The notes below the pieces were generated by a model. It was not told the origin of the DNA. It did not search any database and saw only the letters and a program-made list of their open reading frames with translations. From Nitrososphaerota archaeon (lineage in GTDB: Archaea > Thermoproteota > Nitrososphaeria_A > Caldarchaeales > Caldarchaeaceae), in NCBI GenBank assembly GCA_038891515.1, contig JAWAEB010000001.1, forward strand, positions 1 through 60,216: a stretch of DNA of 60,216 bases, read 5' to 3'. Positions 43,971 through 52,682 of this stretch are shown in pieces. Positions within the stretch are counted from its first letter, which is position 1, and each line of letters opens with the position of its first letter. A program made the translations under genes and the position numbers.

Positions 43971-44729
43971 TCAGCCGATGTAGAAGGGTTCTTTCTGGTA
44001 CTTCTCGTCCCTACCTTCCCTTCCTGCCCCATAGCCGAGCTGCTCCGCCTCTTGGAACATTTGTTTCTGCCTCTCGATTTCGGTGTCCAGCTTTGTGAAG
44101 TCCAGCTCCAGGTTTATGGCCTTGGTTACGACTTCTAGGAGTTTTCTGGCTGCTATTGGGTCTGGTAGGTAGGAGCTGGTGTCCGATACTACAAGGGAGA
44201 TCTTCCTGCCTGCCCTTGCGAAGAATGTCATGAGGAAGCCTGTCAGCCTATCTACTGGCAGGGAGTCGAGGGATGGTGATGGCTTTGCGCCCGCAGCTAT
44301 CAGTAGACCTGAGTTAGTTGGATCGGTGGAGGTGACGAAGACGCTCCTGTCACCCGTCACCCTACCGCTGGCTAGGACCATGTATTCGGCCACATCCTTG
44401 GATAGGAGATACTCGAAGACTGCCCTTGCTATTTCATGGCTTCCCTCATTACTCTCCACAGGAAAGGTCCTAGTCATTATAAGCAACTTAACCTTGTCTG
44501 ACCTTACTAGGTGAAGCTCCACCTTGGGACGTGAGGCTATACCCTTCTCATTTATTATACTCACTTGCGGGAAATGGGGTGAGAAAATCTCTAGGACAGG
44601 CTTCCCACCCAAGCTCTCCACGAGGTAGTTACATGCTATGATGCCGGCTGCACCTGGTGTGGGCGAGGCCTCTATGAATATAGCTCCCGAGATGTCTCCA
44701 CCGTCCAGAGTGACTATTTTGGTCTCCAT
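43971..44729 (-). CDS. PAC2-family (proteasome assembly chaperone-like, COG1938) protein
   Basis: 252 aa. IFIEASPTPGAAGIIACNYLVESLGGKPV...FPQVSII is typical of archaeal PAC2/DUF75 proteins. Confidence 0.6.
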   Translation of the reverse strand: METKIVTLDGGDISGAIFIEASPTPGAAGIIACNYLVESLGGKPVLEIFSPHFPQVSIINEKGIASRPKVELHLVRSDKVKLLIMTRTFPVESNEGSHEIARAVFEYLLSKDVAEYMVLASGRVTGDRSVFVTSTDPTNSGLLIAAGAKPSPSLDSLPVDRLTGFLMTFFARAGRKISLVVSDTSSYLPDPIAARKLLEVVTKAINLELDFTKLDTEIERQKQMFQEAEQLGYGAGREGRDEKYQKEPFYIG

Positions 44730-44741
44730 CTCTGTCAGCTC

Positions 44742-44951
44742 TTATGTATGTGGAGGTTTAAAGGTGTTCTGCATGTCTTTCGGAGGCCACTTTTTAAGCC
44801 TTCTCACCTTTATGAGGAGCTGTGTGTAGGGGCTTTCAGCCGATACTGCTGGCGGATGGGCTGTCTCGGTCTCGGAGCCGCATTTTGGGCAGATCTTCTT
44901 CAACGTGTAGGTTCTACAGACGCTGCATCTCAGAATCTTGCCCGAAGTCAA
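44742..44951 (-). CDS. nop10: H/ACA RNP ribosome-biogenesis protein Nop10
   Basis: (M)TSGKILRCSVCRTYTLKKICPKCGSETETAHPP is the Nop10 zinc ribbon. The TTG start overlaps the TGA of the upstream Mo-subunit gene (gTTGAc). Confidence 0.8.
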   Translation of the reverse strand: MTSGKILRCSVCRTYTLKKICPKCGSETETAHPPAVSAESPYTQLLIKVRRLKKWPPKDMQNTFKPPHT

Positions 44952-47305
44952 CTGTGGCCTGCCCCAATCACTCCATAATACCTATTGTGCACGGCCGCTA
45001 GCAACATCTCATGCTTGACTGGTGTGGCGTTAAATCTTGCACCCACTGCGTTGCAGAGAGCGTTAACTAGGGCAGCGGGCGCAACTATTGTCCCAGCCTC
45101 GCCAAGCCCCTTCACACCGAGGATGTTGAGGGGTGAAGGTGTCTCGTGGTGGTGGAATTCTATGTGGGGTGCCTCACTGGCTGAGGGGAGGGGATACTCC
45201 ATGAATGAGGTTGTGAGTATGTTTCCATCAGCGTCGTAGACTATCTCCTCCAAGGCTGCTTGGGCTAACCCTTGTAAGGTTCCGCCATGTATCTGCCCCT
45301 CAGCGATGAGAGGGTTCACCAAAACCCCCGCATCATGAACCACCACGTATCTAAGTATTCTCCACTCGGCAGTGGAGGGGTCGACCTCCACCAGGCATAC
45401 GTGGGCTCCATAGGACTTGGGCAGGCCGGTGGGTTCGTTGTAGACTGTGGATTCTAGCCCAGGCTCCATTCCAGGCGGCAGGTTGTAGGCTAGGTAGGCC
45501 ATCCTAGCCACTTCCCTGAACGGTATCTTCTTGGAGCAGCTGGCACAGGCTATATAGCCCTCTCCCATCTCGAGGTCTCTTCTCTCACATCCAAGTATGT
45601 GAGCGGCTAGGCGCATCATCTTCTCCCTCACGGCTTTGGCGGCCTGGGCAACGGCGTTACCGGCCACCACGAGGCTTCTGCTACCAAATGTTCCGTGTCC
45701 AAAAGGCGTTGTGGATGTGTCGCCATGCAGGACCGTCACATCTTCCGGACCCACCCCGAGTATGTCTGAGCATATCTGAGCCAGCGAGGTGGCTAACCCC
45801 TGACCGTGAGGCGATGCACCAACCGTAACCTCCACGGCGCCCGAAGGTGTTACCGTGACTCTGGCGCTCTCATAACCACCCATCAGCAAGCCATCCTCGT
45901 GGAACAGCCTCGACGGTGCGAAGCCTGTGGTCTCGGTGTAGAATGATATGCCCACACCCAGCATACGCCCATCCACATGCTTAGTCCTGCCATGATATCC
46001 CGCTAGCTGCAGGGCCCTTCTCAGTACCGTGGGGTAATCGCCGCTATCATATCTTACGCCTGTTGATGCTGTGTAGGGCATGTCCGACGGCTGAAGTAGA
46101 TTGCGAAACCTAGTCTCTGCAGGGTCCAATCCCAGCTCATCAGCAGCTATGTCCATAAGCCTCTCCATTATGAAGGCTGCTTCAGGCTGTCCGAATCCCC
46201 GGTAGGCGCTGACTGGTACCTTGTTGGTGAAGACGGCTGTCACATCAACTCTAACATGCCCGCACTTATAGGGGCCTGGAATGGAGTGGGCTGTGATGAA
46301 TGGCCCTCCTGCAGTAAAGACATGTAGGTAGGCTCCAAAGTCTGCTGTGAGCTTTACATCCAAGGCGTTGAGAAAACCATCTTTGGTAAAGCCTGCATCC
46401 ACCCGCGCCTTCACATCCCTAGCATGGGTGGATGAGAGAAAATCCTCAGACCTAGTGGAAACCCACTTGACAGGCCTGCCTAACTTCTTGGAGAGTAGGG
46501 GGACCACAATCTCCTCGGGGAATATCTCACCCTTAACGCCGAAAGCGCCGCCCACATCAGGTGCTATGACACGGAGACGGCTCTCCCGATGCCCAAGGGT
46601 CTCGGCAAGCCATGTCTTTAGAATGTGGGGGAACTGGGTGCTGGACCACACTGTCAGCATATCTGATGATGGGTTGTATGAGGCTATCACGCCCCGGGTC
46701 TCGATAGGTGATGCTGCCAGTCTCTGCACCCTAAACTCCTCACTCAACACTATTTCGGAGGATTTGAGAACTGCTTCAGGATCACCACCTCTCAGTGTGT
46801 ATCTGTAGCAAATGTTGTCAGGCATATTCTCATGGACTGGCGGCGCCCCATCCTCCATCGCCTTCTCCACGTCTGTCACCGGCGTCAACACCTCATACTC
46901 CACCTCAACCAACTCCTTCACATCCTCTGCCTCATACCTGTCGTCAGCAGCTATGGCTACGACAGCCTCACCAACATGATTCACTTTGTTATTGGCTAGA
47001 CCGTAGTGGACTGGCACACGCATCCCCTGCATGTACCAAATTATGGGGACAGGCTTGGAGAGGCTGGCCACATCGCTACCTGTGAGGACCGCCTTGATGG
47101 AGCTAATGCCTCCCACCCTTGACAGGTCTATCCTCTTTATTCTGGCGTGTGGATGGGGGCTTCTCACGAAAACTGCATGCAGCAAGTCAGGCAATTTGAT
47201 ATCATCTAGGAAAGATGACTGACCGGTGATTAGCCGACGGTCCTCAAACCTCCTGAGCGGCTTGCCCACAAGCCGCCTCGCCTCAACTTCCCCAATTACC
47301 TGCAC
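44948..47305 (-). CDS. xanthine dehydrogenase/CoxL-family molybdopterin-binding large subunit, paralogue 2 (orphan)
   Basis: 785 aa, GTG start. GKPLRRFEDRRLITG, DVGGAFGVKG, SAYRGFGQPE and GVKGLGEAGTIVAP. There is no CSFR loop and no adjacent FAD or FeS subunit genes. Confidence 0.85.
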   Translation of the reverse strand: MQVIGEVEARRLVGKPLRRFEDRRLITGQSSFLDDIKLPDLLHAVFVRSPHPHARIKRIDLSRVGGISSIKAVLTGSDVASLSKPVPIIWYMQGMRVPVHYGLANNKVNHVGEAVVAIAADDRYEAEDVKELVEVEYEVLTPVTDVEKAMEDGAPPVHENMPDNICYRYTLRGGDPEAVLKSSEIVLSEEFRVQRLAASPIETRGVIASYNPSSDMLTVWSSTQFPHILKTWLAETLGHRESRLRVIAPDVGGAFGVKGEIFPEEIVVPLLSKKLGRPVKWVSTRSEDFLSSTHARDVKARVDAGFTKDGFLNALDVKLTADFGAYLHVFTAGGPFITAHSIPGPYKCGHVRVDVTAVFTNKVPVSAYRGFGQPEAAFIMERLMDIAADELGLDPAETRFRNLLQPSDMPYTASTGVRYDSGDYPTVLRRALQLAGYHGRTKHVDGRMLGVGISFYTETTGFAPSRLFHEDGLLMGGYESARVTVTPSGAVEVTVGASPHGQGLATSLAQICSDILGVGPEDVTVLHGDTSTTPFGHGTFGSRSLVVAGNAVAQAAKAVREKMMRLAAHILGCERRDLEMGEGYIACASCSKKIPFREVARMAYLAYNLPPGMEPGLESTVYNEPTGLPKSYGAHVCLVEVDPSTAEWRILRYVVVHDAGVLVNPLIAEGQIHGGTLQGLAQAALEEIVYDADGNILTTSFMEYPLPSASEAPHIEFHHHETPSPLNILGVKGLGEAGTIVAPAALVNALCNAVGARFNATPVKHEMLLAAVHNRYYGVIGAGHS

Positions 47306-47330
47306 GGTCTCAACCTAGCAGGCTGAGAGG

Positions 47331-47337
47331 ATATAAA
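47331..47337 (-). promoter_or_regulatory. candidate TATA box for the Mo-subunit/nop10/PAC2 transcription unit
   Basis: atataaa is centred about 29 nt upstream of GTG 47305 (minus). Confidence 0.35.
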
Positions 47338-47370
47338 CTCTTTTAACTAACGCCCATCCTCCTCCTCCAG

Positions 47371-47646
47371 GTGTTGGTGGTGTTGAAGGTTACTGTAAGG
47401 GTCGAGGCTGAGATACCTCAGACGCTGCATCGGTATGGGAAGATGCGTATACCGCCCGTGATAATGGTGGCTGTGGGGAGGAAGGCCGGCAGGCTGTCCA
47501 TGAGGTTTGAGGGAGAGTCTATGACCCTCAAGGTGGACAAGTATGGCCGTGTCACACTACCACCCCAAGTGGTGGAGAAGGCCAAGGGCAGGGATAAGGT
47601 GCTGATAGAGGCTGTGAATGGAGAGGTAAGGCTAGCCTTTCAGTGA
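47371..47646 (+). CDS. AbrB/SpoVT-type DNA-binding protein
   Basis: The C-terminal MTLKVDKYGRVTLPPQVVEKAKGRDKVLIEAVNGEVRL is a clear SpoVT/AbrB swapped-hairpin segment. The N-terminal part (KMRIPPVIMVAVGRKAGRLSMRFEG) may be a second degenerate copy. The start is uncertain (GTG 47371, or ATG of MTLKV). The 3' end overlaps metG by 7 nt. Confidence 0.5.
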   Translation: MLVVLKVTVRVEAEIPQTLHRYGKMRIPPVIMVAVGRKAGRLSMRFEGESMTLKVDKYGRVTLPPQVVEKAKGRDKVLIEAVNGEVRLAFQ

Positions 47647-49301
47647 ACAGATCTCATCCTAAACCCCTCAATATCCTCATCGGACATCTTTCTGAAAAGA
47701 GGTGTCACCACACCTATCCTTGTGCCTGGGACAACCTCCTCCCCACCCATCTTCCACCTTAGCCCGGTGGACCGTAGGCCAAGCATCTCCAAAATTCTCT
47801 CCGATGATGTGGGGGTGAAGGGGTGGAGGAGTATGGCAAGACATTTCACAAGCTGGGCCGCCACGTAGAAGACCGATGCAGCCTCAGCCCTATCGGTCTT
47901 CAATAGCTTCCAAGGCTCCCTCCTGTTGAGGTAGCTGTTGCCCTCCCGGGCCAGGCTGACCGCTGCCTCAAGCGATTGGCGTAGCTTCAGCTCATCCATA
48001 AGCCTGCCCACCTCATCCATCACCTCAGCCATTAGACCGGCCATCCGCCCATCCTCCTCCGACAGCCTCCCCGCTGCTGGGACATATCCGTCAAAATGAT
48101 TGTTTATGAAGGATAGGACTCTGTGGATGAAGTTACCCACCGTATCGTTGAGGTCGCTGTTGACCACACTCTGGAAGCCTGTGAAGCTGAAGTTGGAGTC
48201 ACTCTGTTCAGGCCTCATCTTGACTAGATAATAGCGCCAGTAGTCAGCCTCAGCGAACTCGAGGGCCTTGTCCAGCCACACCCCCACTCCCAAGCTCTTG
48301 GAGAACTTCTGTCCCTCGAAGGTGAGATACTCGGTGGCCGAAACACTCCATGGCAGGATCAGACTCTCATCATAACCCATCAACAGAGCCGGCAGGATAA
48401 TTGTGTGGAATGGTATGTTATCCTTACCGATGAAATAGACACTTCTAGTGGTGCGGTCTCTCCAGTACTCCTCCCATAGGTGGGGCTCTCCCATCCTCTC
48501 ACCCCACTCTATGGTCGCAGTCACATAGCCGAGAACAGCTTCAAACCACACGTATATCGTCTTCCCCGCGGAGCCGGGGAACGGCGCAGGTATGCCCCAC
48601 AAGTTATCACGGGTGACGGCCCTGGGCCTAAGACCCTCAGCAACCCAGTTGAGGGAGAAACGCTTCACCTTTTCAGGCATAGCCTCGTTCCCAGCCAGCC
48701 ACCTCCTAATCCTCTCCGAGAACTGGGGTAGATCGAAGAACCAGTGGCGGCTACTCCTAACGACAGGCTCTCCGCCGCAAATGCTGCAACGGGGCTCTAG
48801 GAGATCGAGGGGGTCCAGAACCTTTCCACACGCTTCACACTGATCACCCCTGGCCCTATTGTATCCACAGTTGGGGCATACGCCAACCACAAACCTATCG
48901 GGTAAGAACCTATTGCAGCTTTCACAGTAGAGCTGGTCAACCACATGGGAGTAAATATAGCCCCTATCGTATAGGGTTTGGAAAAGGTGTTGGCAGAACC
49001 TTATATGCGTCTCGTTATGGGTCCTTGTATAGTTGTCAAATGATATGGCGAATCTCTTGAATATGTCCGAGACAGTAGCATGGTATCTGTCGGTCAGCTC
49101 CTGTGGGTTGACGCCCAACTTGGCAGCCTCCACCTCTATGGGAGTCCCATGCTCGTCCGAGCCGCTCACAAAGACCACATCCTCACCCCTGAGCCTGAGG
49201 TATCTGGCGAAGACGTCTGCAGACAGTTCGGAGCCGATAAGGGTTCCTAGGTGAGGTATGGTGTTGATGTAGGGCCATGCGCCGCAGACAATCCACTTAC
49301 C
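47640..49301 (-). CDS. metG: methionine--tRNA ligase (short form, no C-terminal Trbp111-like domain); start codon unresolved
   Basis: GKWIVCGAWPYINTIPHLGTLIGSELSADVFARYLRLRGEDVVFVSGSDEHGTPIE, a Zn knuckle CESCNRF...CPNCG, and a KFSKSLG (KMSKS) motif. The track ORF starts at GTG 49178, which lies downstream of the HLGT (HIGH) motif. Homology continues in frame to at least 49301 with no ATG, GTG or TTG. Confidence 0.85.
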   Translation of the reverse strand, partial: GKWIVCGAWPYINTIPHLGTLIGSELSADVFARYLRLRGEDVVFVSGSDEHGTPIEVEAAKLGVNPQELTDRYHATVSDIFKRFAISFDNYTRTHNETHIRFCQHLFQTLYDRGYIYSHVVDQLYCESCNRFLPDRFVVGVCPNCGYNRARGDQCEACGKVLDPLDLLEPRCSICGGEPVVRSSRHWFFDLPQFSERIRRWLAGNEAMPEKVKRFSLNWVAEGLRPRAVTRDNLWGIPAPFPGSAGKTIYVWFEAVLGYVTATIEWGERMGEPHLWEEYWRDRTTRSVYFIGKDNIPFHTIILPALLMGYDESLILPWSVSATEYLTFEGQKFSKSLGVGVWLDKALEFAEADYWRYYLVKMRPEQSDSNFSFTGFQSVVNSDLNDTVGNFIHRVLSFINNHFDGYVPAAGRLSEEDGRMAGLMAEVMDEVGRLMDELKLRQSLEAAVSLAREGNSYLNRREPWKLLKTDRAEAASVFYVAAQLVKCLAILLHPFTPTSSERILEMLGLRSTGLRWKMGGEEVVPGTRIGVVTPLFRKMSDEDIEGFRMRSVH

Positions 49302-49433
49302 TAGCTGTGACCACCGCCCACCATTGGTGTGGATTCTGTTTATAAGTCTATATTGGCCAACCCCACAGCCAACTCCGGTGACGGCAGACCTTTATTCTTA
49401 TATCCGCCCGCCCGAGCCTTTGTCCGGGAGCGG

Positions 49434-50162
49434 ATGGGAAAGACTATTCTCGACATCAAGGATGTGGGGAAGAACTTCGGCGGTGTAGTCGCGATCAGGA
49501 ATGTTAACCTTGAAGTGGTTGCAGGGGAGGTGGTGGGGTTGATTGGGCCCAACGGAGCCGGGAAGACAACCCTTCTGAACGTCATAAGCGGCTTCTACAA
49601 GCCTGACATGGGGCGGATCCGTCTAAACGGCCTAGATGTTACTGGTGAGCCGCCGCACAAGGTTGCTAGGGCTGGAGTGAGCAGGACTTTCCAGATACCC
49701 AAGATACTTAGGAACCTGACAGTAGAGGAGAACATACTCTCGGCCACCATAGTCTCTAGCAACAGCGAGAATGAGAGGCTGGGCGAGCGGCTTCTAGACT
49801 TCTTCGGCCTCAGTAGGCTGAGAGACGGTCCTGCCAAAAACCTTTCAGGCGGGCAGCAGAAGTTACTCGAGTTCATCAGGGCTGTAGTCCAGAATTCCAG
49901 CTTGGTGATGCTGGATGAGCCGGTTGGAGGAGTTCACCCCGACATGATCAGTCAGCTGGGCGAGGTTATCACTGAACTTAACAGGGAGGGCGGGAGGACG
50001 TTCCTCATAGTAGAGCATAACATACCATTTGTGGCAGAGGTCTGCAGCCGGGTCTGCGTGATGAGTGAGGGCTCGGTGATCGCGTCAGGTTCTATAGAGG
50101 AGGTTCTTCACGCCGAGAGCGTCATAGAAGCTTACCTAGGTGGGAGGAATGCTACAGGTTAG
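49434..50162 (+). CDS. livG: branched-chain-amino-acid-type ABC transporter ATP-binding protein LivG
   Basis: MGKTILDIKDVGKNFGGVVA, GPNGAGKTT and LSGGQQKLLEF. The track ORF begins at GTG 49329, but the family N-terminus fits ATG 49434. Confidence 0.8.
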   Translation: MGKTILDIKDVGKNFGGVVAIRNVNLEVVAGEVVGLIGPNGAGKTTLLNVISGFYKPDMGRIRLNGLDVTGEPPHKVARAGVSRTFQIPKILRNLTVEENILSATIVSSNSENERLGERLLDFFGLSRLRDGPAKNLSGGQQKLLEFIRAVVQNSSLVMLDEPVGGVHPDMISQLGEVITELNREGGRTFLIVEHNIPFVAEVCSRVCVMSEGSVIASGSIEEVLHAESVIEAYLGGRNATG

Positions 50163-50862
50163 GGATCTTGTGGCTGGGTATGGAGACATACCCATCATAA
50201 GAAAAGTCAGCCTCACAGCCGAGGCGGGAGAGATAACCACTATAATAGGGCCTAACGGTGCTGGAAAGTCAACGCTCCTCAAGGCAATCTTCAACCTTGT
50301 GAAGCCGATGGCTGGCAGAATCTACGTTGGGGGGGAGGATATCACGGGGCTGCCATCCAACGAGCTGGTCATGAAGGGCGTATCTTTCCTCATGCAGAGG
50401 CGGACCGTATTCCCCGAACTTACCGTTGGCGAGAACCTAGAGATGGCTCTCTGGAAAAACCGTGATAGGAAGGGTGACAGCTCCAAAACTCTCGAGATGG
50501 TCTATGATATGTTTCCAGCTCTTGCTTCCTTCCGAAAAAAGCAGGCTTATCTGCTGAGCGGTGGTGAGCAGAGGATGGTGGAGCTGGCACGGATAATTGT
50601 TCAGAAGCCTAGGCTGGCTCTAGTGGATGAGCCCACCGTGGGGCTGTCACCAAAAGTCGCCCTCAACATCTATAAGACTCTTATGAAACTAAAGGAGAGG
50701 GGGACAGCCATACTGATGGTGGACCAGAACGTGCGACATGCTATAGAAGTCTCCGACAAGCTCTATGTGATGGTTAACGGAACAGTCACCATGGAGGGGT
50801 CTGGGAAAGCGCTTTCCGCATCGCTGAGGGATATCGTGGCGTCGTGGCTCAAGTATACCTAG
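50140..50862 (+). CDS. livF: branched-chain-amino-acid-type ABC transporter ATP-binding protein LivF
   Basis: GPNGAGKSTLL, LSGGEQRMVELAR and LALVDEPTVGLSP. Overlaps livG by 23 nt. Confidence 0.85.
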   Translation: MGGMLQVRDLVAGYGDIPIIRKVSLTAEAGEITTIIGPNGAGKSTLLKAIFNLVKPMAGRIYVGGEDITGLPSNELVMKGVSFLMQRRTVFPELTVGENLEMALWKNRDRKGDSSKTLEMVYDMFPALASFRKKQAYLLSGGEQRMVELARIIVQKPRLALVDEPTVGLSPKVALNIYKTLMKLKERGTAILMVDQNVRHAIEVSDKLYVMVNGTVTMEGSGKALSASLRDIVASWLKYT

Positions 50863-51785
50863 GAGCCGATTCTACTCCGTCTAATGGGTATCAGCCCCAC
50901 TAGACCCTTAGGCATGAACAGCCCCACCACAACCAGTATCGCTCCAATTATGGTGAGCCTAACAGGGAGCTGCGTGGTGAACAGTATCTCGAAGGACGTG
51001 GTTATTATCAGGGCGCCCACCAGCGGGCCGAACACCGTCCCCGACCCACCGAAAAGGGCCATTGTGGCTGGCGCGAATATGTTTTTCAGTCCGAAGACCG
51101 TGTCGGGACTGACGTAGCTATTGTAAAGGACGTAGAAGGGGCCGGTTAGGGCTGGGAAGACTGAGCTGATTGCCAGTGACTTCAGCTTCAGGACGTAGGT
51201 GTTTAGACCGAGAGACTCAGCCGCATCCTCGCTCTCCCTCATTGTCTTAAAGGAGAGCCCCAGCTTTGACCTGGATATAAAATAGCCGGTCACCCATGCA
51301 GAGGCCCCTATTGTGAAGAGCCCATAAAAAGCCGGTAAATGCATCTCACCAAAGCTCACGGAGATACCCTCCCAGCCCCCGGTAACCCAGTCCAAGCTAT
51401 AGGCTAGGCTATATGACAGGAGTGAGAAGCCTAGGGTTATGATGGTGTAGTAGGCTCCACGCGTTCTGAAGAAGGGTGCGCCAACCCCCATGGCCAGGGA
51501 TAAGGAGAGGATCGCAGCCGTAGCCATGCTGGGAATCATACTATAGCCGTTCTTCATGAGAATTGCGAAGAAGTAGGCCGACCAGCCGAAGACTGCTGCA
51601 TGGGCCAAGTTTACATATCCGATGTTGCCCCGCAGTATATCGAAGCTGATGGCCAGTATTACGTAGAGTAGGTAGAGGTTTAGCAGTGATCTCTGGTATC
51701 CAGTAGCATAGAGGGGGATAACCAGGATTATTGCAGCAGCGGCCAGCAACATCAATAGTCCAATCCACCTCCGACCTGTCTTCAA
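50859..51785 (-). CDS. livM: branched-chain-amino-acid-type ABC transporter permease LivM
   Basis: 308 aa. ILAISFDILRGNIGYVNLAHAAVFGWSAY is the LivM pattern. Confidence 0.8.
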   Translation of the reverse strand: MKTGRRWIGLLMLLAAAAIILVIPLYATGYQRSLLNLYLLYVILAISFDILRGNIGYVNLAHAAVFGWSAYFFAILMKNGYSMIPSMATAAILSLSLAMGVGAPFFRTRGAYYTIITLGFSLLSYSLAYSLDWVTGGWEGISVSFGEMHLPAFYGLFTIGASAWVTGYFISRSKLGLSFKTMRESEDAAESLGLNTYVLKLKSLAISSVFPALTGPFYVLYNSYVSPDTVFGLKNIFAPATMALFGGSGTVFGPLVGALIITTSFEILFTTQLPVRLTIIGAILVVVGLFMPKGLVGLIPIRRSRIGS

Positions 51786-52669
51786 ATCCTCTCAGCCTTC
51801 TTACCGAAGAACCCCTGCGGCCTCACCAGTAGGATGACTATGAGTATAGCCCATGCCACTGTGAATGACCATGCTGGGCTGTAGAAGGAGACGTAGACCT
51901 CTGATAGTCCCAGTACTATGGCGCCTAGGAGGGAGCCGAGAATGCTGCCCATCCCTCCCAAAATCACTATGGTCACTGCTTTGGCGGTTATCGGGAGACC
52001 TATGTAAGCATCCAAACCCCTTATCATGATGAGGAAGACTCCTGCCGCAGCTGCCAGCGAGACACCTAGCCCGAATGTTATGGCTGAAATCCTGTCGACA
52101 TTTATCCCCATAGTAAGGGCTCCCTCCCTATCCTGTATAGTGGCCCTGATGGCTTTCCCCATGAATGTCCTTCTGAGAAAGATGTGTAGACCCACCGCCA
52201 AAGCTGTCACCAAAGCCAATGAGGCCAGCCTCGTGGTGGAGAGTATTAGGTTAAATATTTTAGTAGGTGGGAGTGAATAGGATACACCGAACTCCCTCGG
52301 AACAGCTATGAAGGCAATGTCCTCAATCACTAGTGCAACACCGAGAGTGACAAGTAGGGGAGCCCACTCTATTACATCGGCAGGCTTCTGTCTGAGAGGT
52401 CTGATGAGAAACTTCTCAAACAGATACCCTGATACAAACAGGATCGGAACTAGGATGCCTAAGGATGCGAATGGGTTAAAGGCGCCGCCCGTAAACTGGA
52501 AGAGCAGGTAGACGGCGAGGGCGCTGGCCATCATAAACTCTCCATGCGCAAGATTAAGTACCCTAGCCACACCTAAGGTGACTGTTAGACCTACAGAAAG
52601 AAGGGAGTAGATGCCGCCGAGCAGAAGCCCGGCCAGCGACAGCTCCACTAGAGCTAGAGGTGTGAGCAT
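51782..52669 (-). CDS. livH: branched-chain-amino-acid-type ABC transporter permease LivH
   Basis: 295 aa. GGIYSLLSVGLTVTLGVARVLNLAHGEFMM is the LivH pattern. Overlaps livM by 4 nt. Confidence 0.8.
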   Translation of the reverse strand: MLTPLALVELSLAGLLLGGIYSLLSVGLTVTLGVARVLNLAHGEFMMASALAVYLLFQFTGGAFNPFASLGILVPILFVSGYLFEKFLIRPLRQKPADVIEWAPLLVTLGVALVIEDIAFIAVPREFGVSYSLPPTKIFNLILSTTRLASLALVTALAVGLHIFLRRTFMGKAIRATIQDREGALTMGINVDRISAITFGLGVSLAAAAGVFLIMIRGLDAYIGLPITAKAVTIVILGGMGSILGSLLGAIVLGLSEVYVSFYSPAWSFTVAWAILIVILLVRPQGFFGKKAERI

Positions 52670-52682
52670 TGGTCAGCCGGCT

